Below, piece by piece: positions 52,601-64,000 of a stretch of DNA of 64,000 bases (position 1 is its first letter; the number at the start of each line of letters is the position of its first letter). The stretch is from Eledone cirrhosa (lineage: Eukaryota). The stretch lies in contig OZ024760.1 of assembly GCA_964016885.1 (NCBI GenBank), forward strand, positions 3,968,001 through 4,032,000, read 5' to 3'. Below the pieces are notes generated by a model, which had not been told where the DNA came from, made no database searches, and was given only the letters and a program-made list of their open reading frames with translations. The position numbers and the translations under genes were made by a program.

Positions 52601-55600
52601 TATGTATATGAATACACAAACGTATACATATGTAGATGTACCAAGTTTTTTTTTCACTGATCACTTTACTGTGAGTGGCCAGCTATTCTGTATGTAAACA
52701 CACAGACAAACCGGTTTTTAGAGTCATACTGGTTTTTGAGGAAACATCTTTCCTCTATTCTCCAGAAAGCCAGACAAGGAATATTGAACTAGTTTCGTTG
52801 TTGTTACAACTCATCAGCAATATTTACCTATCTTCCGGCCTCTCTAGAGAATCGTAAAAGCACATATCGCTATATGCTTTTTCTATGAAAATTAGTAGTG
52901 GGCAGACCAACTTGCATAGAGTGTGAGTAAGTACCGGTTCAACGGAGACGATAAAAACAAATAACGAAACGAAATTAAATTTCGTTTCGTTTGTAACTCA
53001 CTTTTGTATGACTGACGCTCAAACAATTAAGTCAAAGATGTACATCCATATATGTATACTGAAATACTAGTATGTATATGAATACACAAACGTATACATA
53101 TGTAGATGTACCAAGTTTTTTTTTTCACTGATCACTTTACTGTGAGTGGCCAGCTATTCTGTATGTAAACACACAGACAAACCGGTTTTTAGAGTCATAC
53201 TGGTTTTTGAGGAAACATCTTTCCTCTATTCTCCAGAAAGCCAGACAAGGAATATTGAACTAGTTTCGTTGTTGTTACAACTCATCAGCAATATTTACCT
53301 ATCTTCCGGCCTCTCTAGAGAATCGTAAAAGCACATATCGCTATATGCTTTTTCTATGAAAATTAGTAGTGGGCAGACCAACTTGCATAGAGTGTGAGTA
53401 AGTACCGGTTCAACGGAGACGATAAAAACAAATAACGAAACGAAATTAAATTTCGTTTCGTTTGTAACTCACTTTTGTATGACTGACGCTCAAACAATTA
53501 AGTCAAAGATGTACATCCATATATGTATACTGAAATACTAGTATGTATATGAATACACAAACGTATACATATGTAGATGTACCAAGTTTTTTTTTCACTG
53601 ATCACTTTACTGTGAGTGGCCAGCTATTCTGTATGTAAACACACAGACAAACCGGTTTTTAGAGTCATACTGGTTTTTGAGGAAACATCTTTCCTCTATT
53701 CTCCAGAAAGCCAGACAAGGAATATTGAACTAGTTTCGTTGTTGTTACAACTCATCAGCAATATTTACCTATCTTCCGGCCTCTCTAGAGAATCGTAAAA
53801 GCACATATCGCTATATGCTTTTTCTATGAAAATTAGTAGTGGGCAGACCAACTTGCATAGAGTGTGAGTAAGTACCGGTTCAACGGAGACGATAAAAACA
53901 AATAACGAAACGAAATTAAATTTCGTTTCGTTTGTAACTCACTTTTGTATGACTGACGCTCAAACAATTAAGTCAAAGATGTACATCCATATATGTATAC
54001 TGAAATACTAGTATGTATATGAATACACAAACGTATACATATGTAGATGTACCAAGTTTTTTTTTCACTGATCACTTTACTGTGAGTGGCCAGCTATTCT
54101 GTATGTAAACACACAGACAAACCGGTTTTTAGAGTCATACTGGTTTTTGAGGAAACATCTTTCCTCTATTCTCCAGAAAGCCAGACAAGGAATATTGAAC
54201 TAGTTTCGTTGTTGTTACAACTCATCAGCAATATTTACCTATCTTCCGGCCTCTCTAGAGAATCGTAAAAGCACATATCGCTATATGCTTTTTCTATGAA
54301 AATTAGTAGTGGGCAGACCAACTTGCATAGAGTGTGAGTAAGTACCGGTTCAACGGAGACGATAAAAACAAATAACGAAACGAAATTAAATTTCGTTTCG
54401 TTTGTAACTCACTTTTGTATGACTGACGCTCAAACAATTAAGTCAAAGATGTACATCCATATATGTATACTGAAATACTAGTATGTATATGAATACACAA
54501 ACGTATACATATGTAGATGTACCAAGTTTTTTTTTCACTGATCACTTTACTGTGAGTGGCCAGCTATTCTGTATGTAAACACACAGACAAACCGGTTTTT
54601 AGAGTCATACTGGTTTTTGAGGAAACATCTTTCCTCTATTCTCCAGAAAGCCAGACAAGGAATATTGAACTAGTTTCGTTGTTGTTACAACTCATCAGCA
54701 ATATTTACCTATCTTCCGGCCTCTCTAGAGAATCGTAAAAGCACATATCGCTATATGCTTTTTCTATGAAAATTAGTAGTGGGCAGACCAACTTGCATAG
54801 AGTGTGAGTAAGTACCGGTTCAACGGAGACGATAAAAACAAATAACGAAACGAAATTAAATTTCGTTTCGTTTGTAACTCACTTTTGTATGACTGACGCT
54901 CAAACAATTAAGTCAAAGATGTACATCCATATATGTATACTGAAATACTAGTATGTATATGAATACACAAACGTATACATATGTAGATGTACCAAGTTTT
55001 TTTTTCACTGATCACTTTACTGTGAGTGGCCAGCTATTCTGTATGTAAACACACAGACAAACCGGTTTTTAGAGTCATACTGGTTTTTGAGGAAACATCT
55101 TTCCTCTATTCTCCAGAAAGCCAGACAAGGAATATTGAACTAGTTTCGTTGTTGTTACAACTCATCAGCAATATTTACCTATCTTCCGGCCTCTCTAGAG
55201 AATCGTAAAAGCACATATCGCTATATGCTTTTTCTATGAAAATTAGTAGTGGGCAGACCAACTTGCATAGAGTGTGAGTAAGTACCGGTTCAACGGAGAC
55301 GATAAAAACAAATAACGAAACGAAATTAAATTTCGTTTCGTTTGTAACTCACTTTTGTATGACTGACGCTCAAACAATTAAGTCAAAGATGTACATCCAT
55401 ATATGTATACTGAAATACTAGTATGTATATGAATACACAAACGTATACATATGTAGATGTACCAAGTTTTTTTTTCACTGATCACTTTACTGTGAGTGGC
55501 CAGCTATTCTGTATGTAAACACACAGACAAACCGGTTTTTAGAGTCATACTGGTTTTTGAGGAAACATCTTTCCTCTATTCTCCAGAAAGCCAGACAAGG

Positions 55601-57141
55601 AATATTGAACTAGTTTCGTTGTTGTTACAACTCATCAGCAATATTTACCTATCTTCCGGCCTCTCTAGAGAATCGTAAAAGCACATATCGCTATATGCTT
55701 TTTCTATGAAAATTAGTAGTGGGCAGACCAACTTGCATAGAGTGTGAGTAAGTACCGGTTCAACGGAGACGATAAAAACAAATAACGAAACGAAATTAAA
55801 TTTCGTTTCGTTTGTAACTCACTTTTGTATGACTGACGCTCAAACAATTAAGTCAAAGATGTACATCCATATATGTATACTGAAATACTAGTATGTATAT
55901 GAATACACAAACGTATACATATGTAGATGTACCAAGTTTTTTTTTCACTGATCACTTTACTGTGAGTGGCCAGCTATTCTGTATGTAAACACACAGACAA
56001 ACCGGTTTTTAGAGTCATACTGGTTTTTGAGGAAACATCTTTCCTCTATTCTCCAGAAAGCCAGACAAGGAATATTGAACTAGTTTCGTTGTTGTTACAA
56101 CTCATCAGCAATATTTACCTATCTTCCGGCCTCTCTAGAGAATCGTAAAAGCACATATCGCTATATGCTTTTTCTATGAAAATTAGTAGTGGGCAGACCA
56201 ACTTGCATAGAGTGTGAGTAAGTACCGGTTCAACGGAGACGATAAAAACAAATAACGAAACGAAATTAAATTTCGTTTCGTTTGTAACTCACTTTTGTAT
56301 GACTGACGCTCAAACAATTAAGTCAAAGATGTACATCCATATATGTATACTGAAATACTAGTATGTATATGAATACACAAACGTATACATATGTAGATGT
56401 ACCAAGTTTTTTTTTCACTGATCACTTTACTGTGAGTGGCCAGCTATTCTGTATGTAAACACACAGACAAACCGGTTTTTAGAGTCATACTGGTTTTTGA
56501 GGAAACATCTTTCCTCTATTCTCCAGAAAGCCAGACAAGGAATATTGAACTAGTTTCGTTGTTGTTACAACTCATCAGCAATATTTACCTATCTTCCGGC
56601 CTCTCTAGAGAATCGTAAAAGCACATATCGCTATATGCTTTTTCTATGAAAATTAGTAGTGGGCAGACCAACTTGCATAGAGTGTGAGTAAGTACCGGTT
56701 CAACGGAGACGATAAAAACAAATAACGAAACGAAATTAAATTTCGTTTCGTTTGTAACTCACTTTTGTATGACTGACGCTCAAACAATTAAGTCAAAGAT
56801 GTACATCCATATATGTATACTGAAATACTAGTATGTATATGAATACACAAACGTATACATATGTAGATGTACCAAGTTTTTTTTTCACTGATCACTTTAC
56901 TGTGAGTGGCCAGCTATTCTGTATGTAAACACACAGACAAACCGGTTTTTAGAGTCATACTGGTTTTTGAGGAAACATCTTTCCTCTATTCTCCAGAAAG
57001 CCAGACAAGGAATATTGAACTAGTTTCGTTGTTGTTACAACTCATCAGCAATATTTACCTATCTTCCGGCCTCTCTAGAGAATCGTAAAAGCACATATCG
57101 CTATATGCTTTTTCTATGAAAATTAGTAGTGGGCAGACCAA
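49661..57141 (-). repeat. 470-bp tandem array, left arm (about 16 monomers); hammerhead on the minus strand
   Basis: Unit starts ATAAAAACAAATAACGAAACG at 49661, 50131, 50600 and so on. The only differences seen are T8-T10 homopolymer lengths. Confidence 0.97.
49960..50004 (-). ncRNA. Minimal type-I hammerhead ribozyme (first of 16 in the left arm)
   Basis: Reverse complement AATATTG CTGATGA GTTG TAACAA CAAC GAAA CTAG TT CAATATT. Confidence 0.85.
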
Positions 57142-60100
57142 CTGCCCACTACTAATTTTCATAGAAAAAGCATATAGCGATATGTGCTTTTACGATTCTC
57201 TAGAGAGGCCGGAAGATAGGTAAATATTGCTGATGAGTTGTAACAACAACGAAACTAGTTCAATATTCCTTGTCTGGCTTTCTGGAGAATAGAGGAAAGA
57301 TGTTTCCTCAAAAACCAGTATGACTCTAAAAACCGGTTTGTCTGTGTGTTTACATACAGAATAGCTGGCCACTCACAGTAAAGTGATCAGTGAAAAAAAA
57401 ACTTGGTACATCTACATATGTATACGTTTGTGTATTCATATACATACTAGTATTTCAGTATACATATATGGATGTACATCTTTGACTTAATTGTTTGAGC
57501 GTCAGTCATACAAAAGTGAGTTACAAACGAAACGAAATTTAATTTCGTTTCGTTATTTGTTTTTATCGTCTCCGTTGAACCGGTACTTACTCACACTCTA
57601 TGCAAGTTGGTCTGCCCACTACTAATTTTCATAGAAAAAGCATATAGCGATATGTGCTTTTACGATTCTCTAGAGAGGCCGGAAGATAGGTAAATATTGC
57701 TGATGAGTTGTAACAACAACGAAACTAGTTCAATATTCCTTGTCTGGCTTTCTGGAGAATAGAGGAAAGATGTTTCCTCAAAAACCAGTATGACTCTAAA
57801 AACCGGTTTGTCTGTGTGTTTACATACAGAATAGCTGGCCACTCACAGTAAAGTGATCAGTGAAAAAAAAACTTGGTACATCTACATATGTATACGTTTG
57901 TGTATTCATATACATACTAGTATTTCAGTATACATATATGGATGTACATCTTTGACTTAATTGTTTGAGCGTCAGTCATACAAAAGTGAGTTACAAACGA
58001 AACGAAATTTAATTTCGTTTCGTTATTTGTTTTTATCGTCTCCGTTGAACCGGTACTTACTCACACTCTATGCAAGTTGGTCTGCCCACTACTAATTTTC
58101 ATAGAAAAAGCATATAGCGATATGTGCTTTTACGATTCTCTAGAGAGGCCGGAAGATAGGTAAATATTGCTGATGAGTTGTAACAACAACGAAACTAGTT
58201 CAATATTCCTTGTCTGGCTTTCTGGAGAATAGAGGAAAGATGTTTCCTCAAAAACCAGTATGACTCTAAAAACCGGTTTGTCTGTGTGTTTACATACAGA
58301 ATAGCTGGCCACTCACAGTAAAGTGATCAGTGAAAAAAAAACTTGGTACATCTACATATGTATACGTTTGTGTATTCATATACATACTAGTATTTCAGTA
58401 TACATATATGGATGTACATCTTTGACTTAATTGTTTGAGCGTCAGTCATACAAAAGTGAGTTACAAACGAAACGAAATTTAATTTCGTTTCGTTATTTGT
58501 TTTTATCGTCTCCGTTGAACCGGTACTTACTCACACTCTATGCAAGTTGGTCTGCCCACTACTAATTTTCATAGAAAAAGCATATAGCGATATGTGCTTT
58601 TACGATTCTCTAGAGAGGCCGGAAGATAGGTAAATATTGCTGATGAGTTGTAACAACAACGAAACTAGTTCAATATTCCTTGTCTGGCTTTCTGGAGAAT
58701 AGAGGAAAGATGTTTCCTCAAAAACCAGTATGACTCTAAAAACCGGTTTGTCTGTGTGTTTACATACAGAATAGCTGGCCACTCACAGTAAAGTGATCAG
58801 TGAAAAAAAAACTTGGTACATCTACATATGTATACGTTTGTGTATTCATATACATACTAGTATTTCAGTATACATATATGGATGTACATCTTTGACTTAA
58901 TTGTTTGAGCGTCAGTCATACAAAAGTGAGTTACAAACGAAACGAAATTTAATTTCGTTTCGTTATTTGTTTTTATCGTCTCCGTTGAACCGGTACTTAC
59001 TCACACTCTATGCAAGTTGGTCTGCCCACTACTAATTTTCATAGAAAAAGCATATAGCGATATGTGCTTTTACGATTCTCTAGAGAGGCCGGAAGATAGG
59101 TAAATATTGCTGATGAGTTGTAACAACAACGAAACTAGTTCAATATTCCTTGTCTGGCTTTCTGGAGAATAGAGGAAAGATGTTTCCTCAAAAACCAGTA
59201 TGACTCTAAAAACCGGTTTGTCTGTGTGTTTACATACAGAATAGCTGGCCACTCACAGTAAAGTGATCAGTGAAAAAAAAACTTGGTACATCTACATATG
59301 TATACGTTTGTGTATTCATATACATACTAGTATTTCAGTATACATATATGGATGTACATCTTTGACTTAATTGTTTGAGCGTCAGTCATACAAAAGTGAG
59401 TTACAAACGAAACGAAATTTAATTTCGTTTCGTTATTTGTTTTTATCGTCTCCGTTGAACCGGTACTTACTCACACTCTATGCAAGTTGGTCTGCCCACT
59501 ACTAATTTTCATAGAAAAAGCATATAGCGATATGTGCTTTTACGATTCTCTAGAGAGGCCGGAAGATAGGTAAATATTGCTGATGAGTTGTAACAACAAC
59601 GAAACTAGTTCAATATTCCTTGTCTGGCTTTCTGGAGAATAGAGGAAAGATGTTTCCTCAAAAACCAGTATGACTCTAAAAACCGGTTTGTCTGTGTGTT
59701 TACATACAGAATAGCTGGCCACTCACAGTAAAGTGATCAGTGAAAAAAAAACTTGGTACATCTACATATGTATACGTTTGTGTATTCATATACATACTAG
59801 TATTTCAGTATACATATATGGATGTACATCTTTGACTTAATTGTTTGAGCGTCAGTCATACAAAAGTGAGTTACAAACGAAACGAAATTTAATTTCGTTT
59901 CGTTATTTGTTTTTATCGTCTCCGTTGAACCGGTACTTACTCACACTCTATGCAAGTTGGTCTGCCCACTACTAATTTTCATAGAAAAAGCATATAGCGA
60001 TATGTGCTTTTACGATTCTCTAGAGAGGCCGGAAGATAGGTAAATATTGCTGATGAGTTGTAACAACAACGAAACTAGTTCAATATTCCTTGTCTGGCTT

Positions 60101-63100
60101 TCTGGAGAATAGAGGAAAGATGTTTCCTCAAAAACCAGTATGACTCTAAAAACCGGTTTGTCTGTGTGTTTACATACAGAATAGCTGGCCACTCACAGTA
60201 AAGTGATCAGTGAAAAAAAAACTTGGTACATCTACATATGTATACGTTTGTGTATTCATATACATACTAGTATTTCAGTATACATATATGGATGTACATC
60301 TTTGACTTAATTGTTTGAGCGTCAGTCATACAAAAGTGAGTTACAAACGAAACGAAATTTAATTTCGTTTCGTTATTTGTTTTTATCGTCTCCGTTGAAC
60401 CGGTACTTACTCACACTCTATGCAAGTTGGTCTGCCCACTACTAATTTTCATAGAAAAAGCATATAGCGATATGTGCTTTTACGATTCTCTAGAGAGGCC
60501 GGAAGATAGGTAAATATTGCTGATGAGTTGTAACAACAACGAAACTAGTTCAATATTCCTTGTCTGGCTTTCTGGAGAATAGAGGAAAGATGTTTCCTCA
60601 AAAACCAGTATGACTCTAAAAACCGGTTTGTCTGTGTGTTTACATACAGAATAGCTGGCCACTCACAGTAAAGTGATCAGTGAAAAAAAAACTTGGTACA
60701 TCTACATATGTATACGTTTGTGTATTCATATACATACTAGTATTTCAGTATACATATATGGATGTACATCTTTGACTTAATTGTTTGAGCGTCAGTCATA
60801 CAAAAGTGAGTTACAAACGAAACGAAATTTAATTTCGTTTCGTTATTTGTTTTTATCGTCTCCGTTGAACCGGTACTTACTCACACTCTATGCAAGTTGG
60901 TCTGCCCACTACTAATTTTCATAGAAAAAGCATATAGCGATATGTGCTTTTACGATTCTCTAGAGAGGCCGGAAGATAGGTAAATATTGCTGATGAGTTG
61001 TAACAACAACGAAACTAGTTCAATATTCCTTGTCTGGCTTTCTGGAGAATAGAGGAAAGATGTTTCCTCAAAAACCAGTATGACTCTAAAAACCGGTTTG
61101 TCTGTGTGTTTACATACAGAATAGCTGGCCACTCACAGTAAAGTGATCAGTGAAAAAAAAACTTGGTACATCTACATATGTATACGTTTGTGTATTCATA
61201 TACATACTAGTATTTCAGTATACATATATGGATGTACATCTTTGACTTAATTGTTTGAGCGTCAGTCATACAAAAGTGAGTTACAAACGAAACGAAATTT
61301 AATTTCGTTTCGTTATTTGTTTTTATCGTCTCCGTTGAACCGGTACTTACTCACACTCTATGCAAGTTGGTCTGCCCACTACTAATTTTCATAGAAAAAG
61401 CATATAGCGATATGTGCTTTTACGATTCTCTAGAGAGGCCGGAAGATAGGTAAATATTGCTGATGAGTTGTAACAACAACGAAACTAGTTCAATATTCCT
61501 TGTCTGGCTTTCTGGAGAATAGAGGAAAGATGTTTCCTCAAAAACCAGTATGACTCTAAAAACCGGTTTGTCTGTGTGTTTACATACAGAATAGCTGGCC
61601 ACTCACAGTAAAGTGATCAGTGAAAAAAAAACTTGGTACATCTACATATGTATACGTTTGTGTATTCATATACATACTAGTATTTCAGTATACATATATG
61701 GATGTACATCTTTGACTTAATTGTTTGAGCGTCAGTCATACAAAAGTGAGTTACAAACGAAACGAAATTTAATTTCGTTTCGTTATTTGTTTTTATCGTC
61801 TCCGTTGAACCGGTACTTACTCACACTCTATGCAAGTTGGTCTGCCCACTACTAATTTTCATAGAAAAAGCATATAGCGATATGTGCTTTTACGATTCTC
61901 TAGAGAGGCCGGAAGATAGGTAAATATTGCTGATGAGTTGTAACAACAACGAAACTAGTTCAATATTCCTTGTCTGGCTTTCTGGAGAATAGAGGAAAGA
62001 TGTTTCCTCAAAAACCAGTATGACTCTAAAAACCGGTTTGTCTGTGTGTTTACATACAGAATAGCTGGCCACTCACAGTAAAGTGATCAGTGAAAAAAAA
62101 ACTTGGTACATCTACATATGTATACGTTTGTGTATTCATATACATACTAGTATTTCAGTATACATATATGGATGTACATCTTTGACTTAATTGTTTGAGC
62201 GTCAGTCATACAAAAGTGAGTTACAAACGAAACGAAATTTAATTTCGTTTCGTTATTTGTTTTTATCGTCTCCGTTGAACCGGTACTTACTCACACTCTA
62301 TGCAAGTTGGTCTGCCCACTACTAATTTTCATAGAAAAAGCATATAGCGATATGTGCTTTTACGATTCTCTAGAGAGGCCGGAAGATAGGTAAATATTGC
62401 TGATGAGTTGTAACAACAACGAAACTAGTTCAATATTCCTTGTCTGGCTTTCTGGAGAATAGAGGAAAGATGTTTCCTCAAAAACCAGTATGACTCTAAA
62501 AACCGGTTTGTCTGTGTGTTTACATACAGAATAGCTGGCCACTCACAGTAAAGTGATCAGTGAAAAAAAACTTGGTACATCTACATATGTATACGTTTGT
62601 GTATTCATATACATACTAGTATTTCAGTATACATATATGGATGTACATCTTTGACTTAATTGTTTGAGCGTCAGTCATACAAAAGTGAGTTACAAACGAA
62701 ACGAAATTTAATTTCGTTTCGTTATTTGTTTTTATCGTCTCCGTTGAACCGGTACTTACTCACACTCTATGCAAGTTGGTCTGCCCACTACTAATTTTCA
62801 TAGAAAAAGCATATAGCGATATGTGCTTTTACGATTCTCTAGAGAGGCCGGAAGATAGGTAAATATTGCTGATGAGTTGTAACAACAACGAAACTAGTTC
62901 AATATTCCTTGTCTGGCTTTCTGGAGAATAGAGGAAAGATGTTTCCTCAAAAACCAGTATGACTCTAAAAACCGGTTTGTCTGTGTGTTTACATACAGAA
63001 TAGCTGGCCACTCACAGTAAAGTGATCAGTGAAAAAAAAACTTGGTACATCTACATATGTATACGTTTGTGTATTCATATACATACTAGTATTTCAGTAT

Positions 63101-64000
63101 ACATATATGGATGTACATCTTTGACTTAATTGTTTGAGCGTCAGTCATACAAAAGTGAGTTACAAACGAAACGAAATTTAATTTCGTTTCGTTATTTGTT
63201 TTTATCGTCTCCGTTGAACCGGTACTTACTCACACTCTATGCAAGTTGGTCTGCCCACTACTAATTTTCATAGAAAAAGCATATAGCGATATGTGCTTTT
63301 ACGATTCTCTAGAGAGGCCGGAAGATAGGTAAATATTGCTGATGAGTTGTAACAACAACGAAACTAGTTCAATATTCCTTGTCTGGCTTTCTGGAGAATA
63401 GAGGAAAGATGTTTCCTCAAAAACCAGTATGACTCTAAAAACCGGTTTGTCTGTGTGTTTACATACAGAATAGCTGGCCACTCACAGTAAAGTGATCAGT
63501 GAAAAAAAAACTTGGTACATCTACATATGTATACGTTTGTGTATTCATATACATACTAGTATTTCAGTATACATATATGGATGTACATCTTTGACTTAAT
63601 TGTTTGAGCGTCAGTCATACAAAAGTGAGTTACAAACGAAACGAAATTTAATTTCGTTTCGTTATTTGTTTTTATCGTCTCCGTTGAACCGGTACTTACT
63701 CACACTCTATGCAAGTTGGTCTGCCCACTACTAATTTTCATAGAAAAAGCATATAGCGATATGTGCTTTTACGATTCTCTAGAGAGGCCGGAAGATAGGT
63801 AAATATTGCTGATGAGTTGTAACAACAACGAAACTAGTTCAATATTCCTTGTCTGGCTTTCTGGAGAATAGAGGAAAGATGTTTCCTCAAAAACCAGTAT
63901 GACTCTAAAAACCGGTTTGTCTGTGTGTTTACATACAGAATAGCTGGCCACTCACAGTAAAGTGATCAGTGAAAAAAAAACTTGGTACATCTACATATGT
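57142..64000 (+). repeat. 470-bp tandem array, inverted right arm (at least 14.6 monomers, runs off the window); hammerhead on the plus strand
   Basis: Reverse complement of the left-arm unit; apex AGTAGTGGGCAG-ACCAA-CTGCCCACTACT. Confidence 0.97.
57223..57267 (+). ncRNA. Minimal type-I hammerhead ribozyme (first of 15 visible in the right arm)
   Basis: 7-bp stem I AATATTG/CAATATT, core CTGATGA, stem II GTTG/CAAC, GAAA, palindromic stem III AACTAGTT; predicted cleavage after GUU at 57260. Confidence 0.85.

Noticed and set aside
49855-63951. 31 identical 60-aa ORFs (MASYSVCKH...) as a tandem gene family
   Set aside because: They start at GTG, have no recognisable domain, lie antisense to the hammerhead and are not evidently conserved in the 19283 homologue. 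They are a by-product of the repeat.
49661-64000. CRISPR-like array, or tandem 5S/tRNA/snRNA/SL gene cluster
   Set aside because: There are no variable spacers and no cas genes. I see no recognisable 5S, tRNA or snRNA sequence. GGTTCAACGG is only a weak B-box-like match.

Overview
This is a repeat-dominated, AT-rich animal genomic window. The SINE families and dense (TA)n/(AAT)n/(CA)n microsatellites resemble an octopus or other cephalopod genome (inference). No confidently identifiable host gene is present. From 2.4 to 17 kb there is a chain of elements joined by (AAT)n: SINEs, two full-length Tx1-type L1 elements with near-identical ORF2 but divergent ORF1, and a 5'-truncated Dong/R4 element. 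From 17 to 50 kb there are (TA)n-embedded insertions: a twin-primed RTE, a Penelope-like element (RT + GIY-YIG), and many short non-coding elements folded back head-to-head. At least six distinct sequence families among these carry minimal type-I hammerhead ribozyme (HHR) motifs. This region also holds CRE and Gypsy fragments, a non-autonomous LTR element and MITEs. From 49.7 to 64 kb is the main feature: a nearly invariant 470-bp tandem array with one minimal hammerhead per monomer (31 visible). It starts in (TA)n and inverts at 57137-57141 into a giant palindrome. A diverged homologue at 19.3-20.1 kb has the same architecture in miniature. Together these suggest a Penelope-mobilised, retrozyme-like circular-RNA system inserted by two-ended, rolling-circle reverse transcription (hypothesis).
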